A DNA stretch of 64,000 bases from an uncultured Actinomycetota bacterium (GTDB taxonomy: Bacteria > Actinomycetota > Thermoleophilia > Gaiellales > Gaiellaceae), in NCBI GenBank assembly GCA_963768435.1, contig CAVYIB010000017.1:8923-72922 (forward strand), given 5' to 3'. Position numbers and translations under genes: made by a program. This document shows positions 19,552 to 29,990 of the stretch, piece after piece; position 1 is the first letter of the stretch, and the number at the start of each line of letters is the position of its first letter. The notes beneath the pieces were generated by a model that saw nothing but the letters and a program-made list of their open reading frames with translations, did no database searches and had not been told where the DNA came from.

Positions 19552-20671
19552 ATGAGACGGAAGCACTGGGTGATCTTGAGCCTCGCCGCTGCGGCAATCG
19601 CGGCATCCGCGCTGCTCAGCGCGTCGGCAGGCGCGAGCACCAAGACCACGAAGCTGACCAAGGTCACGCTGCAGCTGAAGTGGGTGACGCAGGCCCAGTT
19701 CGCCGGCTACTACGCAGCCGCAGCGCAGGGCTACTACAAGGATGCGGGCCTCGACGTCAACCTCAAGGTCGGCGGGCCGAGCATCACGCCCGAGACCGTG
19801 GTCGTCGGCGGCGGCGCGGACATCGGCCTCGACTGGCTGCCGAACCTGCTCGCGACCGACGAGAAGGGCGGCGGGCTCGTCTCCGTCGCGCAGGTCTTCC
19901 CCCGCAGCGGCATGACCGAGATCACGTGGAAGTCGAGCGGGATCACCTCGATCAAGAAGATGGCCGGCAAGAAGGTCGGCGTGTGGTGCTGCGGCAACCA
20001 GCCGGAGCTCTATGCGGCCCTGACGAAGAACGGCATCGATCCGACGAACCCGAAGGACGTGACGATCTTCAACCAGCCGTTCGACATGAACGCCTTCCTC
20101 AGCAAGCAGATCGACGCTGCGGCGGCGATGACCTACAACGAGCTCGCGCAGGTGCTGGAGACGAAGAATCCGGCCACCGGCAAGCTCTACACGCTGAACG
20201 ACCTGAACGTCTTCAAGATGGCCGATCAGGGCACCGGGATGCTGGAGGACAACCTCTTCACCACGAGCAAGTGGCTCTCCGACCCGACGCAACCAGGCGA
20301 CTCTGGTCAAGTTCCTGAAGGCGTCCTTCCAGGGCTGGATCTACTGCCGCGACCACGTCGCCGCGTGCGTGAAGATCGTGCTCCAGAACGGGCCGACGCT
20401 CGGTGCCGGGCATCAGCTCTGGCAGATGAACGAGATCAACAAGCTCGCCTGGCCGAGCCCGAGCGGCATCGGCGTCGTGCCGGCCGCCTCCGTGGCTTCC
20501 ACGGTCAAGATCGCGAAGACCTACGGCGTGATCAAGAAGACGCCGGCCGCTTCGACGATCAACTACACGTACGCGAAGAAGGCGCTCGCGCAGCTGAAGG
20601 CCGCCGGTGTGAACGTCACCGGCACGGGCTTCAAGGCGGTCGTCGTCAAGGTGACGGCGGGCGGCAAGTAG
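19552..20671 (+). CDS. ABC substrate-binding protein (NMT1/THI5-like), frameshift near 20290
   Basis: ORF 19552.. has a signal peptide and LQLKWVTQAQFAGYYAAAAQGYYKDAGLDV, running to ...SKWLSDPT. It then continues in the frame of ORF 20369..20671 as NQATLVKFLKASFQGWIYCRDHVAACVKIVLQNGPTLG. The extra base is c at 20290. Confidence 0.8.
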
Positions 20672-20731
20672 GCCTCCTGGTCGCGCCGGCGCGGGCTTTC
20701 GCTCCGCGCCGGCGCGACTAGACTTTTCGCC

Positions 20732-22144
20732 ATGTCGGTTCTGATCAAAGGTGGCCGCGTCATCACCGCGGCGGACGACTACGTCGCCGACGTCTTCGTC
20801 GACGGCGAGCGGATCACGCTGATCGGCGAGTCGCTCGACCTCGAGGCCGACCGGACGATCGACGCGCGCGGGAAGTACGTGCTCCCGGGCTGCGTCGACC
20901 CGCACACGCATCTCGACATGCCCTTCGGCGGGACGGTCACGATCGACGACGTCGAGTCGGGGCAGACCGCCGCGGCGTTCGGCGGCACGACGACCCACGT
21001 CGACTTCTGCATCCAGGCGAAGGGCCAGACCTTCGCGGACGCGCTCTCTGACTGGCACGCCAAGGCGGAGGGAAAGCAGCTGATCGACATGGGCTACCAC
21101 ATCGCGGTCACCGATCTTTCGGCGCCGGGCGCTCTCGACGAGCTCGCCGGGCTGCCCGACCAGGGTGTCACCTCCTACAAGCTCTTCATGGCCTACAAGG
21201 GCGCCCTGCAGGTCGACGACGAGACGCTCTTCCGCACGATGGAGGTGGCGGCGAAGACCGGCGCGCTCGTGATGGTGCACGCCGAGAACGGCGACGCGAT
21301 CGACGTGCTCGTCAAGCAGGCGCTCGCAGCCGGCCACACCGAGCCGGTGTGGCACGCGCGGACGCGCCCGCCGGAGACCGAGGGCGAGGCGACGAACCGC
21401 GCGATCCAGCTGGCGCGGGTTGCGGGCGCCGCGCTGTACGTCGTCCACGTCTCGTGCAAGGAGTCGGTCGAGCCGATCGCGCTCGCGCGGGCGAAGGGCT
21501 GGAACGTCTTCGGCGAGACCTGCACGCAGTACTTCTTCATCGACGAGACGTTCCTCGAGAAGCCCGACTTCGAGGGCGCGAAGTACGTCTACACGCCGCC
21601 GCCGCGCGACAAGGCGAACCAGGAGATCCTCTGGGACGCCGTGCGGACGGACGTGCTCTCGGCGATCTCGACCGACCACTGCGCGTTCAAGTGGGACGGG
21701 CAGAAGACGCTCGGTCGCGACGACTTCTCGAAGATCCCGAACGGCGGCCCCGGGCTCGAGAACCGGCTGCAGATGATCCACGAGTTCGGCGTCCGCGGCG
21801 GCAAGATCACCCTGAACCGGATGGTCGAGCTGCTCGCGACGAACCCGGCGAAGCTCTTCGGCCTCTACCCGCGCAAGGGCACGCTCGCCGTCGGGTCGGA
21901 CGCCGACATCGTGATCTTCGATCCCGAGAAGAAGGTGACGATCTCGGCGAAGGGCCAGCACTCGCGGATCGACTACAACCTGTACGAGGGCACCGAGGTC
22001 ACCGGCTCCCCGGAGACCGTCCTGCTCCGCGGGAACGTCCTCGTCGACGACGGCGAGCTCGTCGCCTCGCCCGGCATCGGCCGCTACGTGGCGCGCGCGA
22101 AGTTCGGCGAGGAGCTCGCCTCCAGCCGCGAGCTCACAGCCTGA
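20732..22144 (+). CDS. Dihydropyrimidinase / D-hydantoinase
   Basis: ORF 20732..22144 is intact at 470 aa. It carries GCVDPHTHLDMPFGG, SYKLFMAYKG, MVHAENGD and STDHCAF. Confidence 0.9.
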   Translation: MSVLIKGGRVITAADDYVADVFVDGERITLIGESLDLEADRTIDARGKYVLPGCVDPHTHLDMPFGGTVTIDDVESGQTAAAFGGTTTHVDFCIQAKGQTFADALSDWHAKAEGKQLIDMGYHIAVTDLSAPGALDELAGLPDQGVTSYKLFMAYKGALQVDDETLFRTMEVAAKTGALVMVHAENGDAIDVLVKQALAAGHTEPVWHARTRPPETEGEATNRAIQLARVAGAALYVVHVSCKESVEPIALARAKGWNVFGETCTQYFFIDETFLEKPDFEGAKYVYTPPPRDKANQEILWDAVRTDVLSAISTDHCAFKWDGQKTLGRDDFSKIPNGGPGLENRLQMIHEFGVRGGKITLNRMVELLATNPAKLFGLYPRKGTLAVGSDADIVIFDPEKKVTISAKGQHSRIDYNLYEGTEVTGSPETVLLRGNVLVDDGELVASPGIGRYVARAKFGEELASSRELTA

Positions 22145-22223
22145 CCCTGCCGCCGCGTCGATCTCCGACTCGCCTCCTGCAGCCCTCTCCGCGAGGGCCG
22201 AGAGCGCACCGCAGCTCGGTTCG

Positions 22224-22327
22224 AACCTGGCACCGGACATGTCCCAACGGCCACGCGGACTTCCAGCGTTTTCTGTGCCCTGTGGACGGTTCGTTGCAGT
22301 TTCGTTTGCATAACCTGGCACCGGACA
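22224..22327 (+). repeat. Two 16-nt direct repeats AACCTGGCACCGGACA (22224-22239 and 22312-22327) in a 406-nt leader
   Basis: Read directly from the sequence. The copies are 88 nt apart, between the dihydropyrimidinase stop and the NCS1 permease start. Confidence 0.5.
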
Positions 22328-22551
22328 CGCCCCGGCGAGGCGAGGCTGAATCGGGGCCTGATCGGCGACTTCTGCTCCGAGCAGACTGCCCGGTGATGGG
22401 CTCCTGGGAGAGTAAGCAGGCGGGCCGCGTCCGGATCGTGGACTCCGCTCGTCGAGCCGCTGCTCGCGTCATTTCGCTGATCTCCGCCCCTGGACTTCCG
22501 TTCGCGAACGCCGTAGATTCGCGCGAACCCCGGACAGGTGAAAGGAGCACG

Positions 22552-24043
22552 ATGAGCGAACGGCCGGAGATCGTTCACGACGTCGCCGATCTGAAGAGCG
22601 ACATCGAGTTCGAGCGCGAGGAGCTCCACGGTTCGATCGAGCACGACTACTCGACGACGATCGTCCCCCTGACCCACCGGAGGCCGATGTGGCACTTCAT
22701 GGGCCTCTGGACGACGTTCGTCGCCGGCTTCTCGTACATGGCCCTCGGCATCGAGATCTACGGCGGCGGGTACAGCCTGCTCAAGACCGCGGTCGTCACG
22801 CGTGCTCGGCTACGCGATCTACACCTGCTACGCCGTCTTCGGCTCGTTCCTCGGCTCGCGCACCGGGCAGACGCACTCGCTGCTGACGCGCTCGATCTTC
22901 GGCTCCTTCGGCTCGGGGATCGTCTCGCTCTTCGTCCTGATCGCCCCGCTCGGCTGGGTCGGCTTCCAGGCCGGCCTGCTCGCTCAGCTCTGGGACAACT
23001 TCGCCGGCTGGGGGAACGTCGAGACGCTGACCATCATCCTCGCCGGCGTGATGATCGTGAACAACCTCTTCGGCTTCACCGGCATCAGCGTCTTCGCGCG
23101 CTACCTCGTCACGCCGATCCTGATCATCTGGGTGATCTACATGGTGGCGAAGGGCTTCATCTCCGACCACGCCGCCCTGCACGGCTCGCCGCCCGGCAGC
23201 CTGCCCTTCTGGGTCGCGGTCGGCGCCGTGATCGGCTTCGCGATGTGGGGCAACGAGCCCGACTTCTGGCGCTACGGCAAGCCCAAGCTCGCCTGGTCGG
23301 TCCCGACCTACCTGTTCGCGATGGTGTTCTTCCTGCTCTTCACGGTCGCCGGCTGGATGATGGCGCGGCTCGCGGGCAGCGGCGACCCCTACAACTTCAG
23401 CGTCCACTACTCGCTCTTCGGCGCGTTCTGGCTCGCCTGGATCATCGCCACGATCTCGCAGTTCGCGGTCAACGACGGCAACTACTACGAGTCGATCAAC
23501 GCCGGCCAGAACCTGATGGCCTGGGCGCCGAAATGGCACCGCATCGCGACCTGCCTGATCGTCGCGGGCGGCGGGATGATCGCCGCCTATCTCGTGAACT
23601 ACAAGTTCGTGAACGGCTGGTTCGACGTCGCGACGTTCCTCGCGATCACCGTCCCGTGCGCGACGACGATCATGGTCGTCGACCACTTCCTGCTCCCGCG
23701 CTGGCTCAAGATCTCCCGGCCGCTGACCGTGGTCCCGCCGTGGGAGAAGACGCGGTTCGCGAACTGGCCGGCGATCGTCTCGCTGCTGGTCGCAGTCGCC
23801 TACGGCGCGATCGCGAGCGCGATCCTGCCGAAGGGCTGGAACGTCTACGACACCGCCCAGAACTGGGGCCCCGTGCCGCTCGAGTGCTGGCTGATCGCCG
23901 GAGGGCTCTACCTGGTGATCGTCACGGCCACGCAGTCGATGACCAACGCCCGCACCTGGCTCGGGTTCCCGCACACCCTCGACGACCAGGACATCGACTC
24001 GGACGCCGTGATCGACGTCGGGGCGCAGCCGGCGCAAGCATAG
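22552..24043 (+). CDS. NCS1-family nucleobase/hydantoin/allantoin:cation symporter, frameshift near 22801
   Basis: From ATG 22552 the reading is MSERPEIVHDVADLKSDIEFEREELHGSIEHDYSTTIVPLTHRRPMWHFMGLWTTFVAGFSYMALGIEIYGGGYSLLKTAVVT. It then continues in ORF 22802..24043 (VLGYAIYTCYAVFGSFLGSRTGQTHSLLTRSIFG...). The protein is multi-TM. Confidence 0.8.
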
Positions 24044-24045
24044 GA

Positions 24046-25306
24046 ATGCCCGAGCTCGTAGTCCGAAACGCCCGCCTGCTCGACGGGCGGCTGGTCGACC
24101 TCGCCGTCGAGGGCGGTCGCTTCACGGCGATCGGGCCTTCGCTCGACCTCGATGCCCCCGAGACGATCGACGCGAGCGGCGCGGCTCGTCACCGCGCCGC
24201 TCGTCGACTGCCACCTCCACCTCGACGCGTCGCTCACCGCCGGCAAGCCGCGCTACAACGAGAGCGGCACGCTGATCGAGGGGATCCACGTCTGGGGCGA
24301 GCTGAAGCCGTCGCTCACCGAGCAGGACGTCTTCGACCGGGCGAGCGAGATCATCCGCTGGTCGGCCGCGCAGGGAACGCTTTTCATCCGGGCGCACGCC
24401 GACGTCTCGGGCGAGAACGAGGCGATGGTGCGCGGCCTGCTCCGCGCCCGCGACGAGCACGCCGACCTCGTCACCGTCCAGGTGACCGCCTTCCCGCAGG
24501 ACGGGATCTTCGCCCACGAGGGCGACGAGGCCCGGCTCGAGCGCGCGATCGAGCTCGGCGTCGACTGCGTCGGCGGCATCCCGCACTACGAGCCGACCGC
24601 GGAGCTCGGCCACCGCGAGGTCGACCGCGTCTTCGAGCTCGCCAAGCGCTACAACCGCCGTATCGACGTGCACTGCGACGAGACCGACGACCCGGGCTCG
24701 CGCTACCTCGAGGTGATGGCCGACCACACGGTGAAGCACGGGCTCGCCGGCCGCGTGACCGCGAGCCACTGCACCGCGATGGGCTCCTACGAGCCGTATT
24801 ACTCCTCGAAGCTGCGCGGCTTCCTGCGCCGAGCCGGGATCAACATCGTCGTGAACCCGTATGCGAACTCGCTGATCCAGGGCCGCCTCGACCCGTACCC
24901 CAAGCGCCGCGGCTTCGCGCAGCTGAAGGAGCTGCTCGCCGAGGGCGTCAACGTGTCGCTCGGGAACGACGTGATCATGGATCCCTGGTACCTGATGGGG
25001 AAGGCCGACATGGTCGACGCCGCCCACCTGGCGCTGCACTTCACCTACATGAGCGGCCGCGAGGAGATCCCCGAGATGCTCCGCTGCGCCACCGAGCGCG
25101 GCGCTCGCACGCTCGGCGTCGAGGACGAGTACGGGATCGAGGAGGGGAAGCCGGCCGACTTCGTGGTGTTCGACGCGCCGGATGCGATCGAGGTGATCCG
25201 GCTTCGCGCGACGAGGCGCTGGGTCGTCCGGCGCGGCCGCGTGATCGCGGAGACGACACCCGCCGAGACCCGGCTGCTCGGCGAGCCGGTGACGTTCGCG
25301 CCCTGA
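24046..25306 (+). CDS. Cytosine-deaminase-like amidohydrolase, frameshift near 24181
   Basis: From ATG 24046 the reading is MPELVVRNARLLDGRLVDLAVEGGRFTAIGPSLDLDAPETIDASG. It then continues in ORF 24152..25306 (RLVTAPLVDCHLHLDA...VHCDETDD...GNDVIMDPW). Confidence 0.75.
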
Positions 25307-25317
25307 ACCTCGCTTGG

Positions 25318-25725
25318 CTACGACTTGTGCGTCGAGACGTAGACGTAAGCCGCGATGTTGTCGATCTGCGCGCCGGTCAGAGCGCCCTTGTAGGGAACCA
25401 TCTGCGTCGCGTACTTGGCGGCCGCGGCCTTCGTCATCACGGTCGCGCCGCCGTTCGTGATCGCCCTGATGATCACCGGCTCGGTCAGCGGCGCCACCTT
25501 GTCGAGGTTCGGCCCCACGCTGCCCACGGTGCCGGCTGCCTTGAGCGTGTGGCAGACGCCGCACGTCGAGACGAAGAGCAGCTTGCCCGCCTTCGGATTG
25601 CCGACGATCTTGGCCGAGTCGTGCGCGAGCGCAAACGTCGGAATAGCGATTGCCAGCATCAGCGCCGCAACCACACCGACCAGCCACCCGCCGCCAAACT
25701 TCGTCGGCGATGCGTCGTTCATCAC
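25318..25725 (-). CDS. Membrane-anchored class I c-type cytochrome
   Basis: ORF 25318..25725 has an N-terminal TM helix, the heme motif CGVCH, and a distal Met region. Confidence 0.8.
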   Translation of the reverse strand: MMNDASPTKFGGGWLVGVVAALMLAIAIPTFALAHDSAKIVGNPKAGKLLFVSTCGVCHTLKAAGTVGSVGPNLDKVAPLTEPVIIRAITNGGATVMTKAAAAKYATQMVPYKGALTGAQIDNIAAYVYVSTHKS

Positions 25726-25807
25726 CTTCAGTATCGCTGCGCGACCTCCGGTCGCTCGTTACTACGGTGTAAGGATTTGCAGCCGAAAACCGCCGGCTCC
25801 GAATGGC

Positions 25808-26663
25808 TCAGTTGAGCGCGTTCTCGAGCGCCGGGCGGAGCCCGCGGTAGCGGAACTCGAAGCCGCCGAGCTTGCCCGAGACGGCACGCTGGCCCTCCAG
25901 GAGCAGGTCGGCCTGCTCGCCGAGCGCCAGCCGGACGGCGGCAGCCGGAACCGGCACCAACGAGGGACGGTGCAGCACCGCTCCGATCGCCTTCGCGGCG
26001 TCCCGCTGCCTGAGCTGCTCGGGCGCGACCGCGTTCACGGGGCCGGTGAGCGCAGCGTCGTCGAGCGCGAGCCGGTAGATGCGAACGAGGTCGTCGAGGG
26101 CGACCCACGGAAACCACTGCTGCCCGCCGGCGATCGGCCCACCCGCGAAGAGGCGAAACGGGAGGGCCATCATCCGGATCGCCTGCGCCCCGGGCCCGAC
26201 GACGAGCGCGGTACGCACGGCGACATGGCGCACCGGCGCCGCGGCCCCTGCGGCCTCCCACGCCACGCACACCCGCGGGAGAAAGGAGTCGCCCGCCGGC
26301 GAGCCCTCGTCGAGCACCGCATCGCCGCCGTCGCCGTAGTAGCCGATCCCCGAAGCGGTGACGAGAACGGCCGGCTTGCGCTCGGCGGCCTCGATCGCGT
26401 CGACGAGCGCCTTCGTCGTCTCGACCCGGCTCGAGAGAATCGACTGCTTCCGCTTGCGCGTCCAGCGGGGGCCGCCGATCGAGGTGCCGGCGAGGTTCAC
26501 GACTGCATCGGCGCCGTCGACGTGCTCGGCGGCCTCGTCCCAGGCTCACGCCCTCGGGCCCCGGCTCGCGCGAGAGGGCGACCACTTCGTGCCCATCGGC
26601 TGTCAGCGAGCGCACGAGCGCCTGCCCGACGTAGCCCGAGCCGCCGCCCACGACGACCTTCAT
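25808..26663 (-). CDS. TIGR01777-type (YfcH-like) NAD-dependent epimerase family protein, frameshift near 26543
   Basis: From ATG 26663 the reading is MKVVVGGGSGYVGQALVRSLTADGHEVVALSREPGPEGVS. It continues in the frame of ORF 25808..26500 as WDEAAEHVDGADAVVNLAGTSIGGPRWT.... Confidence 0.75.
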
Positions 26664-26700
26664 CTTGTTTGAGCGAACGATTTGATCATCACGGCAACGC

Positions 26701-27512
26701 TCAGGCCGAGCGATACCCCCACTTCGCAAGCTCCCGGTGCAGGAAGGCGATGTACTTCGCGTTCTGCGGCCAGATCCCCGGTCCCTTCAGGTACCCCTTC
26801 TTCAGCGCACTCGCAAGCTCGGCGTCGCACGCCGCCTTCTGTCCGAGGCGGTACTCGTCGGCACACCAGGCGCCGAGCACGCCGCGGATGTCGTTCTCGG
26901 CCGACTTCCCGCGCGCGCTCGTGTAGGCGTGCCACCACTGGGCGGCGTCCTTCTTCACGAGCGCCAGCTCGGATTGCGGTCACGTCGTTCAGCACGCCGT
27001 GCGCGCCGATCGCGAACACCTCGACCGGAAGGCCCGACGCCGCGAAAGCGGTGAACGCGTAGGCGAACCGGTCATCGGCGGTCACGAAGGCCGGCCCGCC
27101 GGAGAGCGTCTTCACGCTGTATCCCGGATCGCCCCAGAAGTGCGAGATCGCCCTGCCCCGCATGCCCGCCGCCGGTCAGCACGATGAGGCTCTCGAAGCA
27201 GCAGTGGGCGCCGCCCGTGTAGCTGTCGAGGATCACCTCCGGCGCGGCGTCCCCCCAGACGTTCTTCAGGTCGAGCCAGTGCTGGGAGGCGATCGAGCAG
27301 CGGTCCTCGGAGCAGAGCAGCCGGTCGAACACGGTGTGGCCGCCGTTCCGCACGACGAGCTTCATCTGGCGGAACTCGAACGCCCCGTAGCGCGTCTTCC
27401 GCCGCTGCAGCGTGAGCACGGCCGCCAGCGGGCCGTGGTGCTTCTCGAGCGTGATCGTCTTCCAGGGCCCCGGGGCGGCCGCCGAGGCCGCCGGCACGAG
27501 TGCCGCCGCCAC
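26701..27512 (-). CDS. Hypothetical secreted protein split over three frames (frameshifts near 27160-27170 and 26972)
   Basis: ORFs 27072..27512, 26660..27163 and 26701..26958 join colinearly: ...DSYTGGAHCCFESLIVLTGGG / RAISHFWGDPGYSVKTLSGGPAFVTADDRF...VLNDVTAI / ELALVKKDAAQWWHAYTSARG.... There is no family assignment. Confidence 0.5.
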
Positions 27513-27538
27513 GGCGAGCGCTGCTAGGAGCCCCCGGA

Positions 27539-29056
27539 TCAGCGGGTCTGGGGGAAGCCCAGGTCGACCTTCGAGGTGGCCGGGTCGGGCCAGCGCGACG
27601 TGACGACCTTCGAGCGGGTGTAGAAGTCGATGCCCTCGGGCCCGTAGATGTGGCGATCGCCGAACAGGCTCGCCTTCCAGCCCCCGAAGGAGTAGTAGGC
27701 GACCGGTACCGGGATCGGCACGTTGATGCCGACCATCCCGGCCTGGACGTCGAACTGGAACTGCCGGGCGACTCCACCATCCCGGGTGAAGATGGCAGTG
27801 CCGTTGCCGTACGGGTTGTCGTTGATCAGCTCGAGCGCCTCGTCGTAGGTGTCGACGCGGGTGACGCCGAGCACGGGGCCGAAGATCTCGTCCCGGTAGT
27901 TGTCCATCTCCGGAGTGACGTTGTCGATCAGCGACGGCCCGAGGAAGAAGCCGTCACCGGCCGGCGCGCTGTCGCGGCCGTCGACGACGACCGTGGCGCC
28001 CTCGCCCGGCGCGCGCTCGACGTACGACGCGACGCGGTCGCGATGCTCGCGCGTGACGAGCGGGCCCATCTCCGCGTCGGGCTCGAGACCCGGGGCGACC
28101 TTGACCGCGGGGATGCGCGCCTTGATCGCCGCGACGAGCTCGTCGGCGACGCCGCCGACGGCGACCAGCATCGAGACTGCCATGCAGCGCTCCCCGGCCG
28201 AGCCGTACCCGGCAGAGACGGCTGCGTCGGCCGCCATGTCGATATCGGCGTCCGGCAGCACGATCATGTGGTTCTTCGCCCCGCCGAGCGCCTGGCAGCG
28301 CTTGCCGTTCGCGGTCGCCGTCTCGTAGACGTAGCGCGCGATCGGCGTCGACCCGACGAACGAGATCGCCGAGATGTCGGGGTGGCCGAGCAGCGTGTCG
28401 ACCGCCAGCTTGTCGCCGTTGACGACGTTGAAGACTCCCTCGGGCACGCCCGCCTCGGCGAGAAGCTCGGCGGTGAGCAGCGAGGCCGACGGATCCTTCT
28501 CGGAGGGCTTCAGCACGAAGGTGTTCCCGCAGGCGAGCGCCGGGGCCCACATCCACATCGGGACCATCGCGGGGAAGTTGAACGGCGTGATCCCGGCGAC
28601 GACGCCGAGCGGCTGGCGCAGCTGGTAGACGTCGATCCCGGTCGAGGCCTGCTCGGAGAAGGAGCCCTTGAGCAGGGTCGGGATCCCGCAGCAGAACTCG
28701 ATCACCTCGAGCCCGCGCGTCACCTCGCCCATCGCGTCGGAGAGCACCTTGCCGTGCTCGGCTGTGAGCAGGCGCGCGAGATCCTCCTTGTGGGCCGAGA
28801 AGAGCTCGCGGATCCGGAAGAAGAGCTCTGCGCGGCGAGCGAGCGACACCGCGCGCCAGGCGGGAAACGCGGCCTTGGCTGCCTGGACCGCAGCGTCGAT
28901 CTCCTCGACGGACGCGAAATCGACCGCCCCGGTCTGGGCTCCGGTGGCCGGGTTGTAAACCGGGCCGACCCGGCCCGATCCGCCCTGCCGGCGCTTGCCC
29001 CCGATCCAGTGGTTGATGGCCTTGACGGCCTGCGGCGCGTCGATCAGTTCCGTCAT
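27539..29056 (-). CDS. mmsA: CoA-acylating methylmalonate/malonate-semialdehyde dehydrogenase
   Basis: ORF 27539..29056 is intact at 505 aa. It carries FPAMVPMWMW, VLKPSEKDP, GERCMA, and the C-terminal YYSFGGWKASLFGD typical of MmsA. Confidence 0.9.
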   Translation of the reverse strand: MTELIDAPQAVKAINHWIGGKRRQGGSGRVGPVYNPATGAQTGAVDFASVEEIDAAVQAAKAAFPAWRAVSLARRAELFFRIRELFSAHKEDLARLLTAEHGKVLSDAMGEVTRGLEVIEFCCGIPTLLKGSFSEQASTGIDVYQLRQPLGVVAGITPFNFPAMVPMWMWAPALACGNTFVLKPSEKDPSASLLTAELLAEAGVPEGVFNVVNGDKLAVDTLLGHPDISAISFVGSTPIARYVYETATANGKRCQALGGAKNHMIVLPDADIDMAADAAVSAGYGSAGERCMAVSMLVAVGGVADELVAAIKARIPAVKVAPGLEPDAEMGPLVTREHRDRVASYVERAPGEGATVVVDGRDSAPAGDGFFLGPSLIDNVTPEMDNYRDEIFGPVLGVTRVDTYDEALELINDNPYGNGTAIFTRDGGVARQFQFDVQAGMVGINVPIPVPVAYYSFGGWKASLFGDRHIYGPEGIDFYTRSKVVTSRWPDPATSKVDLGFPQTR

Positions 29057-29109
29057 CGTCTCCTCCTCGAGTCTTCCGGGCAGCGTATCGCGTCGATAAC
29101 TTCCCCGGC

Positions 29110-29967
29110 ATGGACGAAATCGCTCCCGAAGGGGACGTGGTCGAGGTCGAAGAGGAGGGAGCGGAGGGGGCGGAGGTTCAGGGCCCGCCGGCCCCTGACG
29201 AGCAGACGATCGCCGTCGCCGAGCAGCCGGGGCTCTGGATGCCCGATGACCCGACGCGGATGGTGTTCCACGGCGACGGCTTCGTGTTCGTCGCGCAGGG
29301 CCGCTCGGCGTGGGTTCAGCGGCTCCGTCTGCCGAAGGACGACGCCGAGGTGAAGCGGGTCGTGGATCACGTCGACGCGATCCTCTCCTTCCGGAAGATC
29401 GACGAGGCGGTGTGGTGGCTCGGCGAGCTCAATACGCCTCGCAATCTGGGTAAGCGGCTGCTCGCGCTCGGGCTCGAGCGCGACGACCCCGCCAGGCTGA
29501 CCTCGCTGACGATCGCCGAGGCCCCTGCCGGCGAGGCGCCCGTCGAGGTGCGCAAGGCGGAGACCCAGGAGGATTGGCTGCTCGGGCTCGAGATCGACTG
29601 GGAGGCCTTCGGGGTCGACGAGGAAGAGCGGGAGCTCCGCCGGCGCGAGGCCGCCGAGGCGTGGCCGAGGCTCGAGGCCGCCGGCACCTCGACCATCCAC
29701 CTCGCCTACGTCGACGACGAGCCCGTCGGGTTCGGCCGAACGGTGTACACGCCGCACGGCGCGCTGATGCTCGGGGGCGCAACCCTGCCGGCCGCCCGCG
29801 GACAGGGCGTCTACACCTCGATCGTGCACGCGCGCTGGAGGGAGGCGGTCGCCCGCGGCGTGCCGCGGCTCATCGTCGCGGCCGGCTCCGACTCGGCCCC
29901 GATCCTCGAGGGGCTCGGGTTCGAGCCGATGGGCCGGGTTCGCCTGTTCAAGCAGAGGGTCAGTTAA
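29110..29967 (+). CDS. GNAT-family N-acetyltransferase
   Basis: ORF 29110..29967 has a C-terminal GNAT core (LGGATLPAARGQGVYTSIVHARWREAVARG). The acidic N-terminal region leaves the start uncertain. Confidence 0.65.
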   Translation: MDEIAPEGDVVEVEEEGAEGAEVQGPPAPDEQTIAVAEQPGLWMPDDPTRMVFHGDGFVFVAQGRSAWVQRLRLPKDDAEVKRVVDHVDAILSFRKIDEAVWWLGELNTPRNLGKRLLALGLERDDPARLTSLTIAEAPAGEAPVEVRKAETQEDWLLGLEIDWEAFGVDEEERELRRREAAEAWPRLEAAGTSTIHLAYVDDEPVGFGRTVYTPHGALMLGGATLPAARGQGVYTSIVHARWREAVARGVPRLIVAAGSDSAPILEGLGFEPMGRVRLFKQRVS

Positions 29968-29990
29968 ACGGGCCGCTAGGATCAGACGCA

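Noticed and set aside
22212-22240. A tRNA-like T-arm sequence, GGTTCGAACC
   Set aside because: The flanks cannot form T-stem, acceptor or anticodon arms and there is no CCA-proximal structure. It is just a 10-nt palindrome.
22228-22245. A possible sigma-54 promoter, because both 16-nt repeats contain TGGCAC
   Set aside because: The required -12 element (TTGC about 5 nt downstream) is missing in both copies (CGGACATGTC and CGGACACGCC). No sigma-54-type activator is apparent in the window.
21349-25815. A 1488-aa ORF on the plus strand, the longest in the track
   Set aside because: It is a read-through artefact of high GC. Most of its translation is Arg/Pro/Gly/Asp-rich nonsense antisense to, or out of frame with, real genes. 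Only short stretches coincide with real genes: the N-terminal parts of the NCS1 permease and of the deaminase, which share this frame before their frameshifts.
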